Positions 12,100 to 24,013 of a stretch of DNA of 64,000 nt are shown here, in pieces; position 1 is the first letter of the stretch; each line of letters starts with the position of its first letter. The translations under genes were made by a program, and so were the position numbers. The stretch comes from Pristiophorus japonicus. Lineage: Eukaryota. The stretch lies in the NCBI RefSeq assembly GCF_044704955.1, contig NC_091982.1:102610001-102674000 (forward strand), given 5' to 3'. The notes under the pieces were generated by a model. It made no database searches, was not told the DNA's origin, and saw nothing but the letters and a program-made list of their open reading frames with translations.

Positions 12100-13094
12100 C
12101 AAAATCCAAATGTAAAATGGCTGATTCAGCCCCGGGTGTATTGTGCATGCTGCATTAGCATTTGTGAGTGGAGAGCAGACCAGCAGTATGGGAGAAAAAA
12201 AATTACGCATGCGTAGAACGACCAATTTTTTTAGCGTCGGAACTTCCTGCTCCAGCGCACAAAGTGTGTAATGCAATGCCACTCGTGAACTTTCATTCGA
12301 CAAAAGTTGTGAGCTCTGGTGCTAATGCTAACCCGGCGCTAAACTTTTCACTCTGCCGCGAATTGCGCCTGGAAACGGCAAAAAGCTGAAAATCCAGCCC
12401 TTGGCCTATGACTCTGTAATATAGTGGTATAGATGTTTAAATGTATGATTGTAAGAACACTGTGTTCGTGACCCTGACAAGAATATTCATCAAGACCACC
12501 AGATGAATTCTTAATCCCGTCACCTTAATTCCATGTCAACGAATTGTTCAGGGTTTACCTCCTAGTCTATGCCTACAAGTTAATGATGCCGACATTTGGC
12601 TCGCCAAACAGTCTTATATCAACTAGTTTGGATTATATCAGCATTTACACTACCAACCTTCCATCACGATCTGCAAAAAACTACCACATGAATGAATTAA
12701 CCCTTTTTTGCCAATTATCAAAGAAGCAGTCATGAACTAACAATTGTTTATTAATCTTAGAATCATAGTTAGCTGCACTTCAATATTCAGTATGCAAATA
12801 GGTATACATGGGGTCAATTGTTGAAATAAATAAGAAGTTACAAAGATAATTCAGTGTTGTCACAGTAATTCAGCATTCGGTGTTTGCTGATAATAAAGTT
12901 GAGATCAGATTTTTATAAATGGATTAATTTACGATTGCGTGCCTTAAATAACAATTTGACAGCACAAAATACCCAGTATATTGAATAGATTAAAGTCTAT
13001 ATTAATGTTTCCAAAACTTATATGATTTTGTTATGAGCTTATGTGGATGAACTGGTCGCTTCACCTTCATCTGGGAGGATGGTGTTAGCCGTCA

Positions 13095-13284
13095 GGGACA
13101 TGAGTAGTGAATTGCCTTCTGGGACATCGGAGTAGTGAATTGCCTTCTGGGACATCGGAGTAGTGAATTGCCTTCTGGGACATCGGAGTAGTAAATTGCC
13201 TTCTGGAACATCGGAGTAGTGAATTGCCTTCTGGGACATGAGAGTAGTGAATTGCCTTCTGGGACATCAAAGTAATGAATTGCC
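13095..13284. repeat. 28-bp minisatellite, about 6.8 copies
   Basis: Unit gggacatcggagtagtgaattgccttct repeated head-to-tail with period 28 (13103, 13131, 13159...). No spacers. Confidence 0.97.
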
Positions 13285-14034
13285 ACATGTAGAGGCGCTA
13301 TCCATTCCTTCTGGATCCTCTGCTCTTGGATAAATTCACCCTCTGCATTGGCAAGTATATCTGGACAAGTTGTCTTGAATCTTACCTCCCTTGAGCTCAG
13401 GGAAACTTGTACATTTAAGTGATACACTTATATCTGCTTACATCTGGTTGGTATAGTCATACAATCTATATTTCTGTAACCGTTCCCTCTCTTTGTCGGA
13501 GAAGCACTTTCTGATTTTACAGAGACAACCTTCTACATATACTAGACAAATATCATGTATACCTTTTACTAGAAAGACTCTTACAAGAACTAGTTAATGA
13601 ACTAGAACTAAGCTAAATACTGAAGACTGAGGAATTTCGTGTCAGAAAACACTGTCTTATATATTCCTAATTTCCAAAGAAATCTCCTCAATTCTATTGA
13701 TCAATCTGGCTTGTATCAGAAGAGTTCAGTCCTGTTGGTGTCAATCACCTCACACAGCCATGCTAATATCCCTGAACCTCTAAATCAATGGATATGCCAG
13801 GTCACTCACTTACTCCCAAGCTTCTCAGCTCTTTGCACACAAAGGGTCTCCAGATAAGGCAGGATATCTTTATGTGCTCCATAACAAACCAGTTCCAGGC
13901 CTGTGGTCTTGTCTTCTATTCCTGATAAGAAATGTTTTGTTTGTATAAGTATTCATATTACCATTATCCTTTCCTTTCCCAGCATTCAGATTGACTACTG
14001 ACTCCATTTTGAGGACACAGTTAAGGCAATTCTT

Positions 14035-17000
14035 AGAACATAAGAAATAAGAGCAGGAGTAGGCTATATGTCCCCTCAAGCCTGCTATGTCATTAATAAG
14101 ATCATGGCTGAACTTCAATATCAACTCCACTTTTCTGCCCTATCCCCATATCCCTTGATTCCCATAGTGTACGGGAGGATGAAAACCTCTTACTTTACCC
14201 AGAAGGAAAAGAGCTGTGGGATCTGGCTGTGCTGCAGCAGGCCAGTGTCCTGGAAGGAACGGGGAACCCAGAACCAGGTGTGGATTGAAACGGAGACGGT
14301 GTGGCCTTGGCAGGGCAGTGATTGGACGGGGGAGGACACCAGAGGGCCAATGGTGGGACAGAGTCATCCCGAAGCAAGGGACTCCAAGCCAATGGGAGTG
14401 CCCTAGCTCGAAAACTTGGAACTGACTCCTCACCGATACCGGGCTATTGACTCCCCCACGTTTACACTATGGAGGGATATTATGCAGGCCTTAAGAAAAC
14501 TAGGGAACCCAAAACAAACTGAGGGCCTACACGATGGCTACAGGAGGCCACACCCTGCCAACCCAATTAACATCTACTCAACCCTTGATTAGGTTAACAT
14601 CATGGATGGCCAGTGGAAAAACCCCCGTGAAATCCAACACTGCTGCATTTTTCAAAAATCACAAGCCCACCAATGGGAAGGATTTATTTCAGCACGAAAG
14701 TCTGGCTGGGTAACTGGTTATAAGAAGGGGTTTCTGCCCTGACAAGTTGTTCCGTTCTCGTGTTCCAGCAAGCAGTCAGCCTTTCGACACAGAAGGAAGA
14801 CCAGTGTCCGAAGACACCGAAGACAGAAGAAGCAAACCACCATCCCGAGACGGCATCAGTTCAGCCCCCTTCCACTACTGGAGACTGAACCTTTTCTTTT
14901 TCCACAAGGATCTTCCCCTGATCGCTGGACTCAGGTAGATCCACAGCAACAACAAGATGCAACAACAACCAAGTTTCCAAGAAAATCACAACTGAAAAAG
15001 TAACTTCAAGGTCCTGAAGATAGCAAAAAGAGAACCCCGAAACCGCGTTTTGACCTGGAAAGACTGTAATGGCTGTGGTGAGTATAATCTCTGGTCCCCA
15101 GAACTCCCAACTCAGTTGGGTCAAGAAGGTGGGAGGTTGGGCGTTGCACTGCTGTTAAACTTGTGTAAAAATTTTTGTTTTGTCCGTTTAGTGGTATTTA
15201 GGGGGATTGTTTTGATGATTTATTGCTGTTTGTTGAGATACACCTTGTCAAATAAATTGGAAGCTTAAAGTTCCTCTTGGAATCGCCTTGTCTCAGTTCT
15301 GTTGTATTACATCTCCTGATCGTGAGTCTTGTGTCAGAACAGTGTAAGGGAACCCAGGAGCGCCTCGAAAACGCTCAGCTGTGTGCCACAGGCTAGGGAA
15401 GAAAGGGGTTAGGAGTGTTTGACACTCACAGGTGCCTCACAGGCTAGTCATAAACTGTGGGGACGCACGAGTCTCAAAACCCCCTTCATAAGCTGTGGAC
15501 ACAGTATCTCCAGAAGTGCTCTTGCAGCACTCAGGGTACCTCACAGGTCAGGCATAAGCTGTGAGGGCAGAAGCCCAGAGAGAGACACCCAAGGCACAAC
15601 ACTCCCCAGAACCCCTTACAATAGTGCCCAAGAATCTATCGATCTCAATCTTGAATATACTCAAATGACTGAGCAACTACAGCCCTCATGGATAAAACAT
15701 TCCAAAGATTCCCAACCCTCGGAGTGAAGAAATTTCTCGTCATCTCAGTCCTAAAAGGCTGACCCCTTATCCTGAGACTATGACCCCTAGTTCTAGCCTC
15801 TCCAGCCAGAGGAAACAATCTCTCAGCATCTACCCTGTCAAGTCCTCTAAGAATTTTATACATTTCAATGAGATCACCTCTCATTCTTCTAAACTCTAGA
15901 GAGCATAGGCTCATTCGACGCAATCTCTCCTTATAAAACAGCCCTCTCATCCCGAAATCAATCAAGTGAACCTTCATAACAATCCCTCTAAGGCAAGTAT
16001 ATAATTCCTTAGGTAAGGAGACCAAAATTGTATACAGTACTCCAGGTGTGGTCTCAACAAAGCCCTATATAATTGCAATAAGACTTCTCTTATTCTGCAA
16101 TACCCTTGCAATAAATGCTAACATGCTATTTTCTTTCCAAATTGCTTGTTGTACCTGCAGGTTAATCTTCTGCGATTCATATACAAGGACCCCCAAATCC
16201 TTCTAAATACCAACTTTTATTAGTCTCTCACCTTTAAAAAAAATTCTGCTTTTCCATTCTTCCTACCAAAGTGGATATTTTCATACTTCCCCACATTATA
16301 CTCCATTTAGCACCTTCTTGCCCAATCACTTAACTGGTCTATATCTTTTGTAGCTTTTTGTATCATCAGCAAACTTGCATATGTTACACTCAGTCCTCTC
16401 ATGTAAGTTATTGATATTGATTATAAATAACTGAGGCCCCAGCACGGATCCTTGTGACACTCCACTAGTTACACACTGCCATCCCGAAAGTGACCTGTTT
16501 ATTCCTACTTTCTGTTTTATGTCCGTTAACCAATCCTCAATCCATGCTAGTACATTACCCTCAATTCTATGAGCCCTAATCTTGTGTAACAATCTTTTGT
16601 GTGGCACTTTATCGAATGACTTCTGAAAATCCAAATATACTACATCCTCTCTTATCTACACTGCTGGTTATACTCTCAAAAACCTCTAACAGATTTGTCA
16701 AACATGATTTCTCTTTCATGAAACCATGTTGACTCTGCCTAATCATATTGTGATTTTTGAAGTGCCCTGTTACAATGTCCTTAATAATAGATTTTGGCAT
16801 TTTCCCGACTACTGATGTCAGGCTAACTGGCCTATAGTTCCTTGTTTTCTCTCTGCTTGCTTTTTTGAACAGTCGGGTTATCTTTGCTACCTTCCAATTC
16901 ACGGGTAGTTCTAGAATCTAGGAAATTCTGGAAGATCATCCAGTATCTCTGTAGCCACCTCTTTTAAAATCCGAGGGTGTAAGCCATCAGGTCCAGGGGA

Positions 17001-17820
17001 TTTGTCGTATTTTAGTCCCATTGATTTCTCCAGTATTTTTTCTTTACTAATATTAATTACTTTAAGTTCCTTACCCTCATTAGATCCTGGTTCCCCACAA
17101 TTTCCAGTATGTTCTTTGTGTATTCTACTGTGAAGACAGACACAAAGTATTTGCTTAATGTCTCTCCCATTTCCCTATTCCCCATTATAAATTATCCTGT
17201 CTCTGCCTCTAAGGGTCCCACGTTTACTTTCACTATCTTTTTCTTTTTACATACATGTTGAAGCTCTTACATTCTGCTTTTATATTTCTTGCTAGCTTAC
17301 TCTCATATTCTATTTTCTCCCTAATCAATTTATTGGACATTCTTTGCTGATTTTTAAAACCCTCCCTATCCTTAAGGCTTATACTCTTTTTGGCAACATT
17401 GTAAACCTCTGCTATTAATCTAATACTATCCTTAACTTCTCTAGTTAGCCACAGCTTTATTACTTTTCCAGTAGAATTTTTATTCCTCAAGGGAATCTAT
17501 ATTCATTGAGAATTATGAATTTTTCTTAAATGTTTGCCATTGCTTATTTACTATCATATCGTTTAATCTAATTTCCCAATTTACCTCTGTAAACTTGCGC
17601 CTCATACCTCCTTCATTGGCTTTGTCTAAATTTAAGATTCTAGTTGCAGACTTAATCACATCACACTCAAACTTAACATAAAATTCTATCATATTATGAC
17701 TATTCTTCCCCAGTGAATGGGGAAGAATGGTCCCCAGTTATAAGACTACTAATTAACCCTGTCTCATTACACAATACCAGATCTAAAACAGCTTGTTTCT
17801 TCGTTAGTTCCCCTACATAT
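14035..17820 (-). mobile_element. Degraded CR1 LINE interrupted by a solo LTR
   Basis: Tail at 14035-14167. RT remnants in ORFs 15645-16025, 16326-16634 (DFQKSFDKVPH...KFADDTK), 16609-16902 (NYRPVSLTS) and 17233-17490. Confidence 0.93.
14168..15620 (+). mobile_element. 1453-bp solo LTR (ERV or Gypsy class uncertain)
   Basis: Starts TGTAcggg and ends cccTTACA. 4-bp TSD atag/atag, whose removal restores the CR1 sequence. TATA-like tataag about 14719, aataaa about 15251. Confidence 0.85.
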
Positions 17821-18022
17821 TCTTAGGGCATTTCTCTGACAAATTTCAATAAAATTATGAAAACATACTTGCTTGCTTGCTGGGAAACCTGCCGGAGTCC
17901 ATCGTGAAAACCTAATGACCCCTGACCCAGGAAACTGGGCCAAGGTTGTGGTGCAGTGAGGCATCAGATGGAAGTCCCGTACTGGCCTATTTGGAGGAGA
18001 ATCAGGAAAAGCTAGTCTCAAT

Positions 18023-19242
18023 GGCCCCAAGTTTCCACATGATTTGCTCCTGATTTTTAGGAGCAACTGGTGGAGAACAGAGTATCTTAGAAATCGGAAT
18101 TCTCCACATTTAAGTTTTCTGCAGTTCTAGTTAGGTAGAACAGTTTCACTTTTGAACAGAATTTTTTTTTCAAAAGGGGGCGTGTCCGGCCACTGACGCC
18201 TGATTTGAAAGTTTCCACAGTGAAAACGCACTCCAAACTAACTTAGAATGGAGCAAGTGAAGATTTTTGTTGGCTTGAAAAAACCTTGTCTACACATTAA
18301 AAAATCAGGCGCAGGTTACAAATTAGGTGTCGGGAACGAGGTGGGGGGGGGGGGGGAGGGGGGGGAAGGGAAGTCATTAAATTCTACAATAAATCCTTAG
18401 TTATACTTATACAAATATTATACAAATAAATCCAACCTGAATAAAAATTTATAAGCAAAGAAAAGATTAAATAAACCATGTTCCTACCTGTGTGAAAGTG
18501 CTTCAGGCAGGCCTTTCAGGCAGCGGTTTGCCGTCGGGACTGACCAACGGCAGTGGGGGGGGAGGGAGGGAGAAAGCTGCAGGAAGCCTCAGTATTTGAG
18601 GCAGCGGTTTGCCGTCGGGACTGACCGACGGCAGGAGGAGGGAGGGAGAAAGCAGCAAGAAGCCTCAGTACTTGAGGCAGCCGTTGAGCCCAACGGACGG
18701 CAGGGGGAGAAAGCTGGAAGAAGCCTCAGTGCTGATCATGGAAGGGCAATGTGGTTTTATTAAAAAATGTTAAAAATTGAACAGCTACAAAGAATTTGAA
18801 TAGTCTCAAACAAGTGCATGTGTCCCGTTTATCACAGTCTATCTTTAATTACAGAATGCACTCCCTCACCCTCACACACAGAAATATCAAGAAAATTAAA
18901 ATGCAAGCCTTTGCAAGGGTTCAATAAACAAATTTTCACTTTTTCTGCAGCACTTTTTAAAATGGCCGAGTGCCAATGTTTACTTCAGACTGCGCGTGCG
19001 CGAACGCTCCAACGCGCACGCGCAGGATTGCCGGCATGAAAAAAACTCATTTAAATTGTACCCGCCCCCTCCAAAATCGGCGCGAGTGGTAGGTTCCGCC
19101 CCCTGGGCGCCGCGCCAAGCAGACATCGAGCTGCAAAGCGCTCGAGAATAGCGCGTTTTTTTTCAGGCGCCGTTTTTGGCGCGAAAAACGGGCGCCCAGC
19201 TCGGAGGGGTGCCTGTTTTGCCGCGTGTGGAAACTTGGGGCC
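18023..19242. mobile_element. Young non-autonomous Harbinger MITE (family A)
   Basis: Perfect 17-bp TIR ggccccaagtttccaca / tgtggaaacttggggcc, TSD aat/aat. About 3 internal degenerate repeats of roughly 70-80 bp at 18519-18735. Confidence 0.95.
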
Positions 19243-19829
19243 AATATCTTATATACCTCCCCATCTCATCTGTTTATAAGGCTCAAGAGCCAAGCTTCTC
19301 CAATCCGTCGTTTTACCTCAATCCTCTAATGCTAGTGGTAAGTTCAGCGACTATTTTCTCATTTCTTTCAGCTGTGAAGCGTTTGTTTTCTTTGTATTTA
19401 GTCCTGGACACAATACTCAAGGTAGTTTGACTGAACACTGTACAATTTCAGCGTGCGTCCTCCAAATTATAATTTACTGAATTAGCAATATAATTCAGCA
19501 TTCTATTTGCTTTGGCATTTGCTGTTCCAGTGATTAGATATCGCTCTACAAACATTCTTCATTCAACCTCACCCTAGACATCTGCCCCTATTTATAGAGT
19601 ATGTACACCTCCCATATTTGTTCATCCAGTGTAATATCTGACCATCAACTTCATTTGTTATGACCACTAAACCTTTTATCCATCTTATTTTGTAGGTGGA
19701 TTGTGTGTGTGAGAGAGTGTGAAAGTTCAGTTGCATGGAAATATAAATACTTGTATGTTGTGATTTACCCAACGAGATGGGCAGGAGTTGGTTGTTGACG
19801 TAGCAAACTATTTGGTCCAAATGACTTAG

Positions 19830-20485
19830 GGGGAGAAATTCTGGAGCGCCCCGTGTGGGGCGTTAACTTTTAAAAGTTGAAAAAATTAGTGCCAGGCACT
19901 AATGTTTTTTAACTTTTAACAAATTTGCCGTTCGCGCTCCGGGAAGGAAGTGGAGAGCTATCAAGCACGCCACATCCTTCCTGGAGTGTAGCAATCAACA
20001 GGTGTGGGCCATCTCTGCAGGCTCTGAAAAAGAAGAACTTACCTAGACCCCGACAGCAGCCACAATTTGGCCCGATCAGCCCAATGCACTACAGCAGGAT
20101 GCCGGGCTGATCGATCACCGGGGAGAAACATGGGAAAAAAGTCACAGAGAGCAATGTAAATTTTTTTTTTAAACTTACCTCGGCCAGCTCGCCTTTAAGC
20201 GTCGCCCTCAAAGCACCCGGCCTCCAGATCAACGCCTCCTGCAGCTGTCGGTGTTGTCACCCGACGATGCTGCAGGGGGCGGAACCAAAGTTGGGGTCTG
20301 GACCGCTATTGGGGCGGTGCACACAGCGATTACGTCACGATCTCCGGGCGAAGGAGATTGGGGCATAACGCCATACCACCACAGCAAACCTCCCGCCGAA
20401 TATGGTGGGAGGCGATCTTCTTGCCGCACCCGGTCGGTAAGTGCTTAGCAACCCATTATCGCCCCCCCCACCCCCGAGGTGATAG
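19830..20485. mobile_element. Truncated Harbinger-type MITE
   Basis: Left TIR ggggagaaattc and a GC-rich body with ggcg motifs. Right TIR not found. Confidence 0.6.
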
Positions 20486-20523
20486 GCCTTAGAAAATACT
20501 GACAAACTGGGAACTGAAACATG

Positions 20524-20639
20524 AGCCTAGAAATTACCGTTAGTATTGTTATTGAAAAATTAGGTTAAGTCCTCTGGTTAAGTAGTTACCAGAGGAATGT
20601 CACATGAATGGCAATATTGCAAACAGTAATTTCTAGTCT
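20524..20639. mobile_element. 116-bp Harbinger-type micro-MITE
   Basis: TIRs agcctagaaattac / gtaatttctagtct (13/14 match), TSD atg/atg. Confidence 0.75.
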
Positions 20640-21364
20640 ATGACGTTCTGTTCAGTGACATTGAATACTGATTACAAATTACTCAAACGACGACTGGTTG
20701 AAGACTTGCTGCTCGAGCCTTGTCTCAGCTCTCAATGAATCACCTCGCCTGAATTTAACAAGAGAGCACATGTGCACCCCTATTACTGCCTATTAGCAGC
20801 CCATGAAAAAAGTTTCCCCATCTTTTCTGCATTTGAAATACTGAAGATCTTAAGGAACATGGCAGCTCTGAGAGCATTTGTTTTAAGTGAACGCATAACC
20901 GGATGGAATTTTTAATATATATTTTTGTCACAAACTGTAAGTCCCGTTTTATCATATGGGCCAAATCTTGCTGGAAAAATAACAGAGTGTTAATGACACA
21001 TGACATTATTAATATGCAATCGGTCAGCAAATTCAGGAGATCCAGAGTTACGCCGTGAGTTGTGAATCTCCAGAACGCCATCTCGTCCTTAGCGTCCCCG
21101 TTATTTTTAAGAACTTGCTGGATTTCATCATTAATTGTCCATTAAATTCACCACTTTAAATTTGGGCTGGTAATTAATAGTGTAAGTACCTATTTAATAA
21201 TGTGATAATCAATCTCTCTGGTTCAGAAAGGTAACAATTTAAACTGTTCAGTCTCATTCCTGCATGTAGTCAATTGTTGTTAGGGATTTAAAAAAGTGGA
21301 AATGTGAAATTTTGAAGAGACTTTTCCTTGCTGTCTCTTGTTGCTCTCTCTTAATCCACTCTTT

Positions 21365-24013
21365 GGGCCCAAGTTTCCACACGATAAAAAACGGGCACCC
21401 CTCCGAGCTGGGCGCCCGTTTTTCGCGCCTAAAACGGAGCCTAAAAAAATAATCGCGATTCTGGAGAGCCCTGCAGCTCCTTGTCTGCCTGGCGCGGCGC
21501 CCAGGGGGGCGGAGCCTACACTCGCGCCGATTTTGTAAGTGGGAGGGGGCGGGTACTATTTAAATTAGTTTTTTTCCTGCCGGCAACGCTGTGCGTGTGC
21601 GTTGGAGCGTTCGCGCACGCGCAGTGTGAAAATAACATTGGCACTCGGCCATTTTTGTAGTTCTTTGTAGCTGTTAAATTTTTGAACATTTTTTTAAGAA
21701 AAGCACATTGCCATCAGCACATCAGCACTTGCAGCCTTCTCACTGTCTCCTCTCCCCCCCCCCGCGGGAAGAATTGGGCACCTCCTCCCCGCCCCCGCGG
21801 GAAAGAACGGGCGCCTCCTCTCCCCCAGCCTCCCCCGCGGGAAGTACGGGCGCCTCCCCCCCCCCCCGCGGGAAAGAACGGGCACCTCCCCCCCCCCCCG
21901 CGGGAAGAACGGGCGCCTCCTCCCCCACCCGCGGGAAGAACGGGCGCCTCCTCCCCCCCCCACGGGAAGAACGGGCGCCTCCTCCCCCACCCGCGGGAAG
22001 AACGGGCGCCTCCTCCCCCACCCGCGGGAAGAACGGGCGCCTCCTCCCCCACCCGCGGGAAGAACGGGCGCCTCCTCCCCCACCCGCGGGAAGAACGGGC
22101 GCCTCCTCCCCCCCCCACGGGAAGAACGGGCGCCTCCTCCCCCACCCGCGGGAAGAACGGGCGCCTCCTCCCCCACCCGCGGGAAGAACGGGCGCCTCCT
22201 CCCCCACCCGCGGGAAGAACGGGCGCCTCCTCCCCCCCCCACGGGAAGAACGGGCGCCTCCTCCCCCCCCCACGGGAAGAACGGGCACCTCCTCCCCCCC
22301 CCGCGGGAAAGAACGGGCACCTCCTCTCCCCCCCCCCGCGGGAAGAACGGGCGCCTCCCCCCCCACCCGCGGGAAAGAACGGGCACCTCCTACCACACCC
22401 GCGGAAAGAACAGGCGCCTCCTCCCCCCCCCGCGGGAAGAACGGGCGTCTCCTCCCCCCCCCCCCCGCGGGAAGAACGGGCGCCTCCTCCCCCCCCCACG
22501 GGAAGAACGGGCGCTCCTCCCCCACCCGCGGGAAGAACGGGCGCCTCCTCCCCCACCCGCGGGAAGAACGGGCGCCTCCTCCCCCCCCCACGGGAAGAAC
22601 GGGCGCCTCCTCCCCCCCCCACGGGAAGAACGGGCACCTCCTCCCCCCCCCGCGGGAAAGAACGGGCACCTCCTCTCCCCCCCCCCGCGGGAAGAACGGG
22701 CGCCTCCCCCCCCACCCGCGGGAAAGAACGGGCGTCTCCTCCCCCCCCCCGCGGGAAGAACGGGCGCCTCCTCCCCCCCCCCGCGGGAAGAACGGGCGTC
22801 TCCTCCCCCACCCGTGGGAAGAACGGGCACCTCCTCTCCCCCCCCCCGCGGGAAGAACGGGCGCCTCCTCCCCCCCCCCGCGGGAAGAACGGGCGTCTCC
22901 TCCCCCACCCGTGGGAAGAACGGGCACCTCCTCTCCCCCCCCCCGCGGGAAGAACGGGCGCCTCCCCCCCCACCCGCGGGAAAGAACGGGCGCCTCCTAC
23001 CACACCCGCGGAAAGAACAGGCGCCTCCTCCCCCCCCCGCGGGAAGAACGGGCGTCTCCTCCCCCCCCCCCGCGGGAAGAACGGGCGCCTCCTTCCACCC
23101 CCGCGGGAAGAACGGGCGCCTCAGGCTGACTGCAGCATTCTCCGTGCCAAGCACTTTCACACAGGTAGGAAGATGGTTTATTTAATCTTTTCTTTGCTTA
23201 TAAATGCGCAGTCTGAAGTAAACATTGGCACTCGGCCATTTTAAAAAGTGCTGCAGAAAAAGTGAAAATTTGTTTATTGAACCCTTGCAAAGGCTTGCAT
23301 TTTAATTTTCTTGATATTTCTGTGTGTGAGGGTGAGGGAGTGCATTCTGTAATTAAAGATAGACTGTGATAAACGGGACACATGCACTTGTTTGAGACTA
23401 TTCAAATTCTTTGTAGCTGTTCAATTTTTAACATTTTTTAATAAAACCACATTGCCCTTCCATGATCAGCAATGAGGCTTCTTGCAGCTTTCTCCCCACT
23501 GCCGTCCGTCGGGCCCGACGGCAAACCGCTGCCTGAAAGGCCTGCCTGAAGCACTTTCACACAGGTAGGAAGATGGTTTATTTAATCTTTTCTTTGCTTA
23601 TAAATTTTTATTCAGGTTGGATTTATTTGTGTAATATTTGTATAAGTATAAATAAGGATTTATTGTAGAATTTAATGACTTCCCTTCCCCCCCCCCCCCC
23701 CACCTCGTTCTGGACGCCTAATTTGTAACCTGCGCCTGATTTTTTAATGTGTAGAACAGGTTTTTTCAGTTCTACAAAAATCTTCACTTGCTCCATTCTA
23801 ACTTAGTTTTGAGTACGTTTTCACTGTGGAAACTTTGAAATCAGGCGTCAGTGGCCGGACACGCCCCCTTTTGAAGAAAAAATTCTGTTCCAAAGTAGAA
23901 CTGTTCTACCTGACTAGAACTGCAGAAAAAAAAATGTGGAGAATTGCGATTTCTAAGATAGTCCACCAGTTGCTCCTAAAAATCAGGCGCAAATCATGTG
24001 GAAACTTGGGCCC
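21365..24013. mobile_element. Family-A Harbinger MITE, inverted relative to 18023-19242, with an internal duplication and a minisatellite
   Basis: Perfect TIR gggcccaagtttccaca / tgtggaaacttgggccc, TSD ttt/ttt. 23205-24013 is a near-identical reverse complement of 18023-18995 apart from the repeat slot. Confidence 0.95.
21745..23120. repeat. GC-rich minisatellite, unit about 31-33 bp, roughly 40 copies
   Basis: Unit ccgcgggaagaacgggcgcctcctcccccac with C-tract length variation. Explains all the long Pro/Gly/Arg ORFs here. Confidence 0.97.

Larger units (their letters stand above)
7555..12400. mobile_element. Full-length decayed Harbinger copy H2
   Basis: TIRs cggctgattttcagct / agctgaaaatccagccc, TSD ttg/ttg. 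Convergent transposase and Myb genes. Confidence 0.92.
5961..12406. mobile_element. Old Harbinger-type MITE hosting an RTE and Harbinger H2
   Basis: Degenerate left TIR ggcgtggagtctc after aat. The right TIR is reconstructed as gtggaaactc-ttg-gcc once H2 is removed. Confidence 0.5.

Noticed and set aside
13095-13284. CRISPR-like 28-bp direct repeats
   Set aside because: The repeats are contiguous with no spacers, there are no cas genes, and the context is vertebrate.
21682-23244. Long Pro/Gly/Arg-rich ORFs (up to 520 aa) on both strands
   Set aside because: Artefacts of a stop-free GC-rich minisatellite inside a MITE; open in nearly all frames.
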